Shown in pieces: positions 12,852-25,825 of a stretch of DNA of 64,000 nucleotides. Location of the stretch: the NCBI RefSeq assembly GCF_963921235.1, contig NC_086097.1:132682001-132746000 (forward strand), in the 5' to 3' direction. The DNA comes from Mobula hypostoma (Eukaryota). Both the position numbers and the translations under genes were made by a program. Under the pieces are notes generated by a model. It was not told the DNA's origin, searched no databases, and saw nothing but the letters and a program-made list of their open reading frames with translations. How positions within the stretch are numbered: position 1 is the stretch's first letter; each line of letters opens with the position of its first letter.

Positions 12852-13559
12852 GTGACCGACGCTGCATCTGTTCACGCAGTTTCGTTAAAACTGCCAAGCT
12901 TCTGGACGCTGCGACCCCATTTATGGTTCGAACAAGCAGAAGCACAATTCCACATTCGGCAGATAACCTCAGAGTCCACTCGCTACTACTACTACGTGCT
13001 GAGCTCACTCGACCAGGAGACTGCTGTACAAGTTGAGGAGTTTATACAGTCGCCCCCGGAGGACGGCAAATACACAGCATTCAAAGCCCTGCTCATAAGG
13101 ACTTTCGGACTCTCACGGCGCGAACGAGCACGCCGCTTAATGCACCTGGATGGTTTGGGAGACAGGCCGCCGTCAGCATTAATGAACGAGATGCTGGCCC
13201 TGGCTGAAGGACACAAACCCTGCCTCATGTTTGAGCAGGCGTTCCTAGAGCAACTGCCCGAGGACATATGCCTGCTGCTGTCCGATGCAGATTTCAGCAA
13301 CCCCCGGGAGGTGGCGGCCCGAGCAGATGTGCTGTGGAATGCCAGGAAAGAGAGAGGGGCATCCGTCGCACAGATCACCAAGCCGCGTGCCCAACGACAG
13401 AACAGACCAGGCCCGGCAGCAGAGCCTACAAAACCCGGCGACGGGAGTGAGGAGCCCAACGAACAATGGTGTTTCTACCACCAGCGGTGGGGCACGGAGG
13501 CCCGCCGCTGCAGACCGCCCTGCAAATTCCCGGGAAACGCCAGGGCCAGCCGCCGCTAA
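12852..13559 (+). CDS. gag: Gypsy Gag (frame open; probable start codon reads GTG at 12852)
   Basis: [22 protein letters not shown]-terminal motif; C-terminal [16 protein letters not shown] zinc-knuckle variant. Confidence 0.85.
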   Translation: MTDAASVHAVSLKLPSFWTLRPHLWFEQAEAQFHIRQITSESTRYYYYVLSSLDQETAVQVEEFIQSPPEDGKYTAFKALLIRTFGLSRRERARRLMHLDGLGDRPPSALMNEMLALAEGHKPCLMFEQAFLEQLPEDICLLLSDADFSNPREVAARADVLWNARKERGASVAQITKPRAQRQNRPGPAAEPTKPGDGSEEPNEQWCFYHQRWGTEARRCRPPCKFPGNARASRR

Positions 13560-16500
13560 TGGCTACGGCGGCTGGCCATCAGGACAGCCTCCTGTACGTC
13601 TGGGACAAGCAGTCGGGACGCCGCTTTTTGGTCGACACCGGAGCGGAGATCAGCGTCTTACCTCCAACGAGTTACGACACCCGCAACAGAGAACCGGGAC
13701 CCACCCTGAGGGCCGCTAATGGCAGCACAATACGAACCTACGGCACCCGCACGGTGCGGCTACAGTTCAGCTCCAGCCGGTTCACGTGGGACTTCACACT
13801 GGCCGCTGTGGCCCAACCACTGCTGGGGGCAGATTTTCTACGAGCCCACAGCCTGCTGGTCGACTTGCAAGGGAAGCGATTAGTCCACGCCAAGACTTTT
13901 CAAACGTTCTCCCTGGGTGAAGCACAGTTGCCAGCCCCACACCTGGACTCCATCACGCTGTCCGATGATGAATTCACCAGGGTCCTGGCGGATTTCCCAT
14001 CAGTACTGACACCGCAGTTCACGGCAGTCATGCCCAGACACGGAGTACAGCACCACATCCCGACCCAGGGACCACCCCTCCACGCCCGTGCTCGAAGGCT
14101 TCCCCCGGACAAGCTCCGACTGGCGAAGGAGGAGTTCAAGAAGATGGAGGAATTAGGGATCATACGACGGTCCGACAGCCCATGGGCCTCCCCCCTTCAC
14201 ATGGTGCCCAAGGCAACGGGGGGCTGGAGACCATGCAGTGACTACCGCAGACTGAACGAGGCTACAACGCCAGACCGCTACCCTGTGCCGCACATTCAAG
14301 ACTTCGCAGCAAACCTACACGGCGCAAGGATCTTTTCCAAGGTAGACCTCGTCCGGGGATACCATCAAATCCCTGTACATCCAGACGACATCCCCAAAAC
14401 AGCACTTATCACCCCGTTCGGACTTTTCGAATTCCTCCGAATGCCGTTTGGTCTAAAGAATGCCGCACAGACTTTCCAGCGGCTAATGGACGCGGTGGGA
14501 CGCGACCTGGACTTTGCATTCATCTATTTGGACGACATCCTCATAGCCAGCAGTAGTCGGCAGGAGCATCTGTCCCACCTCCGCCAGCTCTACTCCCGCC
14601 TGAGTGAATTCGGCCTTACAATCAATCCAGCCAAATGCCAGTTCGGACTCGACACCATCGAATTCCTGGGCCACATGATTACTAAAGACGGGGCAACCCC
14701 GCTGCCCACCAAGGTAGACGCGGTCCGCCACCTCACCCGACCCAACACAATCAAAGGCTTGCAGGAATTCGTGGGTATGGTGAATTTCTACCACCGTTTC
14801 CTCCCCTCAGCAGCCTGAACCATGCGCCCCTTGTTCACTCTAATGTCGGGTAAGGGCAAGGACATTACCTGGAACGAAGAGGCCGCAACCGCTTTCGTTA
14901 AAACCAAAGAAGCCTTGGCAAACGCCGTGATGCTAGTGCACCCCAGAACGGACGTTCCTACTGCCCTCACGGTGGACGCATCCAACACAGCAGTCGGTGG
15001 AGTGCTGGAACAACTCATCGAGGGTCGCTGGCAACCCTGGCGTTCTTCAGCAAACACCTACGACCACCTGAACTCAAATACAGTGCTTTCGACCTGGAGC
15101 TATTGGCACTATACCCGGCAATCCGGCATTTCAGGTACTTCTTAGAAGGTAGGCCCTTCACCGCGTTCACAGGCCACAGACCGCTTACCTTTGCGTTCAC
15201 TAAGGTGTCCGACCCCTGGTCGTCCCGCCAGCAGCGACATCTGTCCTACATCTCCGAGTACACGACGGACATCCGGCATGTCTCTGGAAAGAACAAGTCG
15301 TGGCAGACGCACTTTCCAGACCTACCATACAGGCCCTGTCCCAGGGGGTGGACTATGCAGCGCTGGCAGAGGCACAGCAGGCAGACGCTGAGATCCCCAG
15401 TTACAGGACTGCAGTCTCCGGTTTGCAGCTCCAAGACCTCCCCGTAGGCCCAGGTGAGAGGACCCTACTATGTGATGTAGCTACTGGCTAACTCCGCCCC
15501 GTCGTCCCAGCAGCCTGGCACCGGCGGGTGTTCGAATCCATTCACAACTTAGCACATCCCTCCATCAGGACAACTGTCCGGCTGGTCTCCAACAGGTTCG
15601 TGTGGCATGGACTTCGTAAACAGGTCAGTGAATGGGCCAAAACATGTATGCAGTGCCAAACGGCCAAGGTGCAGCGGCACACCAAGGCTCCACCACAGCG
15701 GTTCGAACCCACCCGCCGGAGGTTCGACCACATCCATGTGGATATCGTGGGGCCCCTGCCAGTGTCACGAGGAGCGCGGTACCTCCTAACTATGATAGAC
15801 CGGTTCACCAGATGGCCAGAGGCAGTCCCGCTCAGCGACACCACCTCCGAATCCTGCGCCCGAGCACTGATCGCAACCTGGGTAGCACGCTTTGGGGTAC
15901 CGGCCCACATTACCTCCGACAGGGGAGCCCAGTTCACCTCCAGCCTGTGGTCGGCTATGGCCAGACTTTTAGGAACACAGCTACACCACACAACTGCCTA
16001 CCACCCACAGTCGAACGGACTAGTGGAGCGCTTCCACCGTCACCTGAAATCGGCTCTCATGGCCCGCCTGGAGGGGCCTAACTGGGTGGACGAACTTCCC
16101 TGGGTCCTGCTCGGAATCCGCACGGCGCCCAAAGAGGATCTACACACCTCGTCGGCCGAGTTGGTGTACGGCGCGCCCCTGGTCGTCCCGGGAGAGTTCA
16201 TACCAGCCCCAAGGGGGCAAGAGGAAGAACCCACAGCAGTCCTGGACAGACTACGGGAGAGGCTCGGTAACCTGGCCCCCATACCCACTTCACAGCATGG
16301 ACAGAGCCCGACCTGCGTACCCAAATACCTGCAGAACTGTAAGTTTCTTTTTGTACGACGGGGCGGACACCGGGCACCGCTACAGCAGCCCTACGAGGGG
16401 CCGTTTAAGGTGATCAGGAACAACGGGTCCACGTTCGTGCTGGACATTGGGGGGAGAGAGGAGGTTTTCACGGTGGACCGACTCAAACCGGCCCATGTGG

Positions 16501-16618
16501 ACTTGGCGCAACCGGTCCAGGCTCAGGCACCGCGGCGCAGGGGCAGACCTCCCAAACAGAGGCCGATCCAGACTGTGGACATCGGGGGAGGTATCGCCGG
16601 TTCTGCGGGGGGGGGTTA
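13532..16618 (+). pseudogene. pol: Gypsy Pol (protease, RT, RNase H, integrase) with stops and frameshifts
   Basis: [40 protein letters not shown]...CMQC, HVDIVGP, ITSDRG, NGLVER, PYEGPF; stops at 14816-14818 and 15489-15491, frameshifts near 15040 and 15297. Confidence 0.93.
16607..16615 (+). promoter_or_regulatory. Polypurine tract
   Basis: G9 run 3 nt upstream of the 3' LTR. Confidence 0.75.
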
Positions 16619-16903
16619 TGTAGCGACCCACTTTCTGGCACCCACGAACTGGCTCACGAAACAGCGCGCAGGCAGAGGGCCGGCAGCAAAAAGGGCGCCA
16701 GGCCATCTTCACCAGCAAGGGGAAAATCCCGCGCGCAGAAACGGTCTGGGAATATGCATTCCCCACAGTAGTCCCGCCCAGGGAGGGCGGGAACGGGAAC
16801 GCTTTAAAGCGGGCCGCGAAGTTTGGATAAATCTCTTTCATCGCGACTCTAAGTCACCGACTCCATGTGGTTATTCTAGCGCTGTGTGTAGCACATTGCT
16901 ACA
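16619..16903 (+). repeat. 3' LTR (285 bp)
   Basis: TGTAGCGA...TTGCTACA followed by TSD ATCC; polyA hexamer reads GATAAA here. Confidence 0.96.
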
Positions 16904-17395
16904 ATCCCTTCATTCCCAGGATCATTCTTGTGAACTTCCTCTGGACCCACTCCAATATTTTCTTAGATAAAAGGCCCAAAACTACTCATAATACCCCAAG
17001 TGTGGTCTAGTCAATCCCTTATAATGCCTTATCATTGCTTTTATATTACAGCCCTCTTGGAATGAATGCTAACATTTCATTTGCCTTCCTTACCACCAAT
17101 TTAACTGCAAACTAACCTTTCAGAAATCCTGCACAAGGAATCCCAAGTCCCTTTGCACCTGATTTTTGTATGTTCTCCCCATATGGAAAATAGTATATGC
17201 CTTCATGCCTTTCACTGCATAGATTAAAAGTTAAAAAGTCAAATTGTAGTTTTAAAAAGAGCACTAATCTGTATGTTGTTCATGGAAAATCTGATAATGA
17301 TCAGAATGACACAGGACAAGGTAGCCTTAAGATGTACAATGTAAAATCTAAAAAGAGGCAAGCAATATGGCTTACACTGGAGATGAACAACAAAT

Positions 17396-19951
17396 GAACG
17401 GTGAAAACCTGGCCAGCAGAAGCCACCTCTGCTCTTCAAGACTGCTTTGAGCACACTGACTGGTGCATGTTCAGGGAGGCTGCAACCGACGGCGACTCTA
17501 CTACCTCAGAGGAGTACACGGCATCAGTGACTAGCTACATCAGCAAGTGCATTGATGACATCACTGTGTCCAAGACCATCACGATACACTCCAATCAGAA
17601 GCCATGGATGACCGCGGAGGTGCGTGCACTGCTAAGGACCCGAGACTCTGCCTTCAGAGCAGGTGACAAGGCAGACCTAACAACAGCGAGGCCATCAGAA
17701 AGGCAAAGCATGCACACACCCAGTGAATCCACAGCCCCTTCCAGGACAGCGGCGACACGCGGCACATCTGGAAGGGCATTCAGGACATCACCAACTACAG
17801 GACAACATCACCTGCCTGTGCTGGTGATGCCTCCCTCCCATATGTGCTGAACAACTTCTACGCTCGTTTTGAGGCAGAAAATGACGTGGCAGCGAGGAAG
17901 ACCACCCCTCCTCCAAATGATCAGGTGGTGTGTCTTACCATGGCCGATCTTAGGAAAACTCTTTGCAGGGTCAACCCATGGAAGGCTGCAGGACCAGACA
18001 ATATTCCTGGCAGAGTGCTCAGAGGATGTGCAGACCAGCTGGCAGATGTTTTCACTGACATCTTCAACATCTCCCTGAGCAGCACCATCGTTCCAACGTG
18101 CTTCAAGGTCACCACCATCGTCCCCGAGCCGAAGAAGTCTTCAGTGTCCTGCCTCAGCGACTACCATCCTGTTGCACTCACTTCCATCATCATGAAATGT
18201 TTCGAGAGACTCGTCATGAGACAAATCAAGAACCTGCTGCCCCCCACACTGGACCTCCTGCAGTTCGCATATCGTCCCAACCGCCTGCACCCTCCACCTG
18301 GCCCTCACTCACCTGGACAAAAAAGACATGAATGTTTGAATGCTGTTCATTGACTTCAGTTCAGCATTCAACACAATCATTCCTCAGCACTTGATTGGAA
18401 AGCTGAGCCTACTGGGCCTGAACACCTCCCTCTGCAACTGGATCCTAGACTTCCTGACTGGGAGACCTCAGTCAGTCCGGATCGGGAGCAGCATCTCCAA
18501 CACCATCACATTGAGCACGGGGTCCCCCCCAGGGCTGTGTGCTCAGTCCACCGCTGTTCACTCTGCTGACCCATGACTGCGTTGCAATACACAGTTCGAA
18601 CCACATCATCAAGTTCACCGATGACACAACCGCGGTGGGTCTCATCTGTAAGAACGACGAGTCAGCATATAGAGGAGAGGTGCAGTGGCTAATGGACTGG
18701 TGCAGAGCCAACAACCTGTATCTGAATGTGAACAAAACAAAAGAGATGGTTGTTGACTTCAGGAGGACACGGAGCGACTACTCTCCGCTGAACATCGATG
18801 GCTCCTCCGTAGAGATCGTTAAGAGCACCAAATTTCTTGGTGTTCACCTGGCGGAGAATCTCACCTCGTACCTCAACACCAGTTCCATAGCAAAGAAAGC
18901 CCAGCAGCATCTCTACTTTCCTCGAAGGCTGAGAAAAGTTCATCTCCCACCCCCCCAACCTTACCACATTCTACAGAGGTTGTATTGAGAGCATCCTGAG
19001 CAGCTGCATCACTGCCTGGTTCAGAAATTGTACCATCTCGGATCGCAAGACCCTGCAGCAGATAGTGAGGTCAGCTGAAGGGATCAGCGAGGTCTCTCTT
19101 CCCAGCATTACAGACACTTATACCGCACGCTGTAGCTGGAAAGCAAACAGTATTGTGAAGGATCCCATGCACCCCTCATACAAACTCTTTTCCATCCTGC
19201 CATCTGGCAAAAGGTACCGAAGCATTCAGGCTCTCATGACCAGACTGTGCAACAGTTTCTCCCCCTAAGCCATTAGACTCCTGAATTCCCAGAGTCTAGT
19301 CTGACACCAACCTAAACATACACATATACACACACAACTGAACACCACTCCACTCCCTTTGCAACTTTTGCTCATTTCTTTCTCAATTCCTGCTAAAACA
19401 TTGTTTACGTTTACATTTACATTTACATTTACATCATTTATTATTGGACAATAGACAATAGGTGCAGGAGTAGGCTATTCGGCCCTTCGAGTCAGCACCG
19501 CCATTCACTGTGATCATGGCTGATCATCCACAATCATTCTTGCCTTCTCCCCATATCCCTTGACTCCGCTATCATTAAGAGCTCTATCTAACTCTTTCTT
19601 GAAAGCATCCAGAGAATTGGCCTCCACTGCCTTCTGAGGCAGAGCATTCCACAGATCCACAACTCTCTGGGTGAAAAAGTTTTTCCTCAAATTATATTGT
19701 AATTTGTCCTTTACTGGGCCTATTGTCTTGTTTATTAATTATTGTAATGTCTTGCACTATTTTGTGCACTTTATGTAGTCCCGTGTAGGCCTGAAGTCTA
19801 ATGTAGTTTTGTGTTGTTTCACGTAGTCTAGTGTAGTTTTGTGTTGTTTCATGTAGCACCATGGTCCTGGAGGATCATTGTTTCATTTTTACTGTGTACT
19901 GTACCAGCAGTTATGGTTGAAATGACAATAAAAGCGACTTGACTTTACTTG
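17396..19951 (+). mobile_element. Rex1/Babar-like LINE, 5'-truncated, frameshifted
   Basis: ORFs 17401-19268: [66 protein letters not shown]; (ACTTG)n tail; possible AAAT TSD. Confidence 0.9.
19447..19690 (-). mobile_element. Short CR1 3'-end fragment inserted in the Rex1 3' UTR
   Basis: GACAATAGACAATAGGTGCAGGAGTAGG... similar to CR1 ends at 10040 and 53745. Confidence 0.85.
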
Positions 19952-22900
19952 AAATTAATTAAAATAAATTTGGCCACTGGTTCGGTTGTTCAGTCATTCC
20001 ACAAAATCAGTTTGAACAGCATTTCAAAGATACTGAACTGAAGCCTACAGATATCCAACTAAGAACTTATACTGGAGATAAGATAACTCCTGTGAAAACG
20101 ACATTCGTAACAGTGAAATGCAACAACCATCAAGCAATATTGGGCTTTCATGCAGCAAAAACAGGAGGCCCAGCGTTGTGGGGCTGGGATTGGCTGAGAC
20201 AACCACAACTTCCTTGGAGATCCATCCACCATTTGCATGCCACATCCCCTGCAATCGAGTCAACTGAAAGTGAATTAAGAAAGCTACTAGATGATGCCAC
20301 AACAGTGTTCAAGGATAGTATTGGAAAACTCAAACATGTCAAGGGTAAAATAGTGTTAAATTAAACTGCCACACCCAAGTTTTACAAAGCCCGTACAGTT
20401 CCTTATATCATCCATGGCAAAGTAGCCAGTGAGCTAGATCATATGGAGGCAGAAAAAATATGTTTCAATGTTGAACGGAGCCTATGAGCAACTCCGGTGA
20501 TCCCTGTAGACAAGCAGGACAGGTCTGTCAAGATCAGTGGAGATTTTAAGGTCACGATCAACCCAGTACTAAAAGTAGATCAATACGTTTCTGTTCATGA
20601 TAGAGGATATCTTTGCCAGCCTTTCTGGAAGGAAACACTTCAGCAAAGTTGACTAAGCTGAGGCCTATGTAGATGAATAAAGAGTCCAATGTGTTTCTTA
20701 CCCTAAACACTCATAAGGTGCTTTAATGCTGTCGTAGGCTTATCTTTGGAGTAGCATCTGCACCTGCATGCTGGCAGAAAGCTCTTGACCAAGATTCCGC
20801 AAGGCTGCCCAGGCACTCAATGTTACCAGGCTGTTACCACGCTCCACCCCTTGAACTCATTACTACAGATCAGGAAAAAATGAAAATGAATAAAGCAGTG
20901 TGAGGTGGCTTTCTAAAAGGCAAATGAAATGGTGACATCAGACACTGCAAGATCCACATTGTCCAGAGAATGTCCCCTGTGACGCAATGTTTTATGATAC
21001 AGTATAGGTCGGTCATGTCACACATTATGAGTGATGGAAGTGAACACCCTTTGCATCATGTTCCCTTACCACAGATTGACAAGGAGGTCTTGAGTCTGGT
21101 TTGGGGTGTAAAACATTTTAACCAGTATTTGTACGGCAGAGAGATTACCCTCATTTCTGATCACCAACCAGCAGTGTCCATTTTCAACCCACAGAAGGTG
21201 TTCCACCAACAGCAGCAGCACAAAATGCAGCGATGGGCTCCGTTTCTTGGTGGGCACAAATTCAAGATTGAATTCAAGAGGACAACTAATGGCAACGTCG
21301 ATGAATTGTCCTGTTTACCCTCGATAAATGAAATACCTGAAAAATTCACAAAAGCCGTCACTCCTCTTGATGTAGTCTCCATATTGTAAATCAAAACTCT
21401 CCCTAGTACTGCAGAGATGTTCCAAAAGGAAACCAGAAAAGACCCCACACAGTCTCAGCTCTACATCGCCTCCCAAAATGGCTAGAATGTGCAGCAGAAA
21501 TTCCAATTCCCCCGTTTTTACCAGCAATGGGATAAATGTGCCCCTGATGGGTTTGCCTTATGTGGGGATTGAGAGTTTTTATACCAGACAAACTGAGAGC
21601 TAGATTGTTAGAGGAGCTACATACCAGCCATCTACGCATGGTTAAAATGAACATGTTGGCTTGAAGCTTTGTCTGGTGGCCTGGGATAGATCAACAGATC
21701 AATCAGCTTGCTATGCACTGTTTGGGATACCAACATGTCCAGAAGATGCCAAGAGCAGTACCTCTCCATCCCTGAGAATGGCCTTTATTGCTTTGGCAGA
21801 GGATTCATGTGGATTTTGCCAGACCATTCATGAGCACAAATTTCTTGGTAGTAGTGGATACAGTTACAAAATGGCTAGAATTGTTCCCAAGAGCCTTCAC
21901 AATAGTCTCACACACTGCTGACGTGTTGAGAAGCCTTGTCTCAAGGACACTCAGTCAATGACAGTAGTCCAAGTTTGTTGCTGAACAGTTCTACTCATTC
22001 CTGAAAATGAATGGAATGAGACATCTACACCCTACCACCCAGCTACAAATGGTTTAATGGAAAGGTTTGTCCAGAGTATAAAAAACACACTGCAAGCTGT
22101 GTCAGCAGAACACACTACATTAACACTAACCAGAAGCTCGCCAATCTCTTCCTTGCACACCGCAAAGCACTAACAACTCACTAGCTGGGACGTCCCTTGT
22201 ACTCGCACCTGGATCTCCTCAAAACCAGTCTCAGGAGTGTGCAGGACAAACAGCTAAGACAAATTGAGGGCTCCTCAGAGATGGAGGTTTGATGTTTCAC
22301 TCCTGGACAAGCAACCTAGCAAGGGCCTACAGAGATGATCAAAAGTGAGTACATGGAAAGATTAAAGTCAGAAATGGACCACTTCCTTACAAAGCAGAGA
22401 TTGCATCTGATGTCATCCGCAGAATACTCCTTGATCAGCTGAGGAGAGTAAAGTCAATTGTTTGAGAAGAAAGGTGTCAAGATCTGTCAGTACCACTTCC
22501 TGCAGTCGGAGATTCAACTCCTACAACCATCACAGAGGCCCCAAAACCTGACATTTTTTCACAGTCACAAGTCTCTCCTGCCAAGTCAAGCGAACCCCCC
22601 CAGCTTTCAGGACAGATGTTATCCCTCAAGAGTAAGTAATCCTCCAAGGTGGTTAAATAATTGGGCCTGAATGGGACAATTTAAAATTTACTATGCTGCG
22701 GATGTCTATATGGTAGTAATATTATATAGTGTATGGTTTATGGCATACATAATTACACCACCATGTCATATATGAGCGCCTCAGTAAAAGAAAAATAAGT
22801 AGGCGATTATCCCGGCTCCTGTATTTTTCTTTTTATTAGTTTCTGGAGTTACAAAACATATCAGGAATATTGGTCAGCAGGGCTCAGAAGGGCCAAACGG

Positions 22901-25196
22901 CCAGGTTCTGTACTGTATTACTCTATGACACTCTCTGCCTCCCTATGCCTCTAAGCTTCATGCTATCTGCAAATTTGGAAATTCTGCCTGTTAATTCAAA
23001 TCTGAATTATGATATAGATATTAAGAAATGTAGCAATCGGAGTATCAACCCTTGGGAAACTCTCTGGAACAACTACCCCACAGTCCCAAAAGCAATTGTT
23101 CACTACTAGTGAGAGAAAGACACAATTCTGGAAACATTCAGATGTGTGGAATGGTCTTCAGCCGGAAATGTTAACTCTTTGCAGATGCTGCCTGACCTGC
23201 TGAGCGCTTACAACTATTCTGACTTTTATTTAAAGTTTTCAGCATCTGCAGTTTTTAAAAACATAATCTTTCCTTGTTTCCAATTATTTAACCAAAACAA
23301 GCTGATTACATTTGGGATTGATGAGGTCAGAACTCAGGGAACAGTGGGGATCTCAGAAGGTTGAGGTTAAAGAGGTGCAAATGTGTAAACTTATGGAAGG
23401 ATTAAAGACAAAAAAATTGAAGAAGAATTATCACCTTGGGAAGGGTGCATAACGCACTAAAACAAGGAAAGATCAAGAACTGCTCATACAATATTCTGAC
23501 AGATTGTTACTAATTCCCCAGTGATACCCTTACACAGTCAGTAATGGCTTAATCAGTACCACAATCTGATCATATATTTTCCTGGCTTGTTTCGTCTTTC
23601 TATGAATAAAAGCCTTTCCTTTGCAAAAACAGTACTTATAAAGAGCATTATTATAAAAGGTGAACGAGCTGCTATCGGCAGGTCAGTTAGAAACCAAAGA
23701 AACAGATTGAAGATGACTGGGAGAGAAGGACCACATGGAAGTTGCTCCTCAATTCCCTTGGAAAGATTTTTGTCCTAAACACCCCATTAGTGTACTAGCA
23801 GACCCTATCTCTTGCATGTCATACCTATCCTGCAGAAGGACATCTTTCAAATGTATTTGCTGTTGCCTGCTTAACCAACACCTTCAAAGGAAACCCCATT
23901 CTTTTTCCCAATGGTTTGCAAAATCTACCTCAACTGCTCTTTTAACTCCCTTTTTGGTGGCCTGATCAACACTACAGAGGCTAGTGAGGTCCAGATCATC
24001 ACTACTTTTGGCAGAGGAAATGCTTTTATCCATCCCTCCCTCGTATGCATCTAAATCTATTTCCCCTGAAGAAATACGTATTATCATATCATTGAGATAT
24101 CAGTGACAAGCATAGTTCATTCTCTTAAATCTTTATTTTTCTCTTCAAAAATTAGATTCATTCACTCCAATGCAAAAAAAGAGGATAAATTACTTATTTA
24201 TCATCTTTATTAATGCCCAACATATACCTCAGGCGTCTAAGTGGTGGAGAGCTGAAATGGAGGCTACAGATGCAGGATTGTCACTAAAGGGATCTTTCAG
24301 AGAACATTCTTTCCACAGGAATTGAGGAGAATATGAATCTGAATCCCACAGGTGGTGACTGAGGCAAACTGTGGATATCATGTGACCTGCCAGACCCTTG
24401 TGGTTTTCTGTGTTTTCTGGTATTGCTTTAATTGGAGAGACTAGTACTTACTTTGGTGAGCAACACCACAGAAAGAAAACACTATTTATTATCTATACAG
24501 TGAACAGACTACAAGTTTAGTTTTCCTTCAAGATTCTGTTTGTAGATTATCCAAAATCTGGGGGAAAAAAATCCATCCTAAGTTTGTCAGATTTTAGATA
24601 ATGCATTCGTAAAGTTTTGAAAGAAAAATAAGTAAGTGCAAATCCAAAGAGAGAAGCCAAAAATCATTTTGGTAGCAAAGCTCAGAGCCGCCTGCAGGGA
24701 ATGTGAAGCATCAATCAGATGGGTTGATTTTGGGAATTCAGAACACTGATCCAGAAAAAGAGAGAGTGAGAGAGGAAAGAAAAGAACATGCTCCAGCAGG
24801 AAATTTAAAAATCAACTTGGCTTTCTATTGCACCAGTAATAAGTTCAGGATATCTCAGAGATTATCATTGCCAAAGTAGGTTTGCTGCTAGGGTCTTGAC
24901 TTGGCTGAAATTGATGCCCTCAATGTGTGACATGGGGTGGCTTGATCAGGCGCGGAGGTGAAAGTGGGCAGGAGCAGCCCTGTGATCCAGTATGCAACCA
25001 GTCCACTTTCCATTTCTCAGGTACAGTCGGTGTCCTGTCCAAAGATAGTATGAGGGGTGAAATCCCACCCAGCACAAGCTATCATTCTTCAGGCTCTGGG
25101 CCTCTTGGTTACCGACGCACCTTGGCAATTAATTGATCCACCACGTGATGGGGAGACCTTCTGCTATGGGATACTTAAAAAGTAGTGGTTGCTGTT

Positions 25197-25825
25197 TATT
25201 ATTATGATTATGAGGATACGCAGTCCCCTTTTATTGTCATTTAGTAATGCATGCATTAAGAAATGATAAAAATGTTTTTTCAGAATGATATCACAAAAAC
25301 ACATGACAAACTGACTTAGAAACTAACAAAAACCACATAATTATAACACATAGTCACAACAGTGCAAAGCAATACCGTAATTTTGATAAGAACAGACCAT
25401 GGCACAGTAAAAATCTTAGAGTCTCTCGAAAGTCCCATCATCTCACGCAGATGGTAAACCTCCAGTGCCGCAAACTTGCCGATGCAGCATCCCGGAAGCA
25501 TCCGACCACAATCCGACTCCGAGCCTCCGACCAGCTCTCTGACACCGATGCACCGAGCACCATCTCTGCTGAGTCTTTCAACCCTGGCCCCAGCAACAGG
25601 CGATACCCAAAGCCAAGGATTTGCGGCCTTCGTCTCCGGAGATTCTCGATCGCACAGTAGCAGCGGCAGTGAAGCAGGCATTTCAGAAGTTTCTCCAGAT
25701 GTTCCTCTGCACTTCACGGCTGTCCACTATCAAATCTGGATTGCTGCACGGCCCCTAGTCACACATCGATATCAATTCAGAACGGCCACGTGCGCTGCAT
25801 CGTGCTGCCATCCTCTCCTCCCTCC
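25197..25825 (-). mobile_element. Probable non-autonomous retroposon with Rex1-like 3' tail and CpG-rich body
   Basis: (TAA/TCA)n-type tail and TTTATTGTCA motif like other Rex-type ends here; no recognisable protein domain; sharp GC/CpG contrast with flanks. Confidence 0.5.

Larger units (their letters stand above)
12525..16903 (+). mobile_element. Complete Ty3/Gypsy LTR retrotransposon (4379 bp), no env, inactivated pol
   Basis: TG...CA LTR pair, 4-bp TSD ATCC (12521-12524 and 16904-16907), PBS, PPT, domain order gag-PR-RT-RH-IN. Confidence 0.97.
12086..17215 (-). mobile_element. Older CR1 LINE 3' part, split by the Gypsy insertion (12086-12524 and 16904-17215)
   Basis: ORF 12258-12440 (GLDRVDVERMFP...RGHSLR...RRNF); the flanks ...CTCATATGTTAATCC and ATCCCTTCATTCCCAGGATC... 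rejoin into continuous CR1 sequence. Confidence 0.85.
17220..22863 (+). mobile_element. Old, heavily decayed Gypsy-type element of a different family, interrupted at 17396-19951
   Basis: QAIWLTLEMNNK|LIKINLATGS (protease DTGS remnant), PKFYKARTVPY, RNase H remnant QIDKEVLSLVWGVKHFNQYLYGR...SDHQP, integrase remnant PYHPATNGLMERFVQ; putative LTR remnant ending AAAACATATCA at 22863. Confidence 0.8.

Noticed and set aside
12792..13559. Intact gag frame as a domesticated host gene
   Set aside because: It sits in a normal provirus with both LTRs. A 0.7-kb frame can stay open by chance at this divergence, and the probable start codon reads GTG.
16600..16970. Novel C-terminal extension of integrase in the 480-aa ORF
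   Set aside because: It is read-through across the PPT and 3' LTR into flanking CR1 sequence, not a domain.
19796..19857. Repeat-spacer or CRISPR-like array
   Set aside because: Only a two-copy 30-bp tandem duplication in a LINE 3' UTR; no spacers, and the context is eukaryotic.
24927..25136. Host exon after the acceptor-like TTCCATTTCTCAG at 25020
   Set aside because: Peptide not recognisable, no good donor and no partner exons; unsupported without transcript data.
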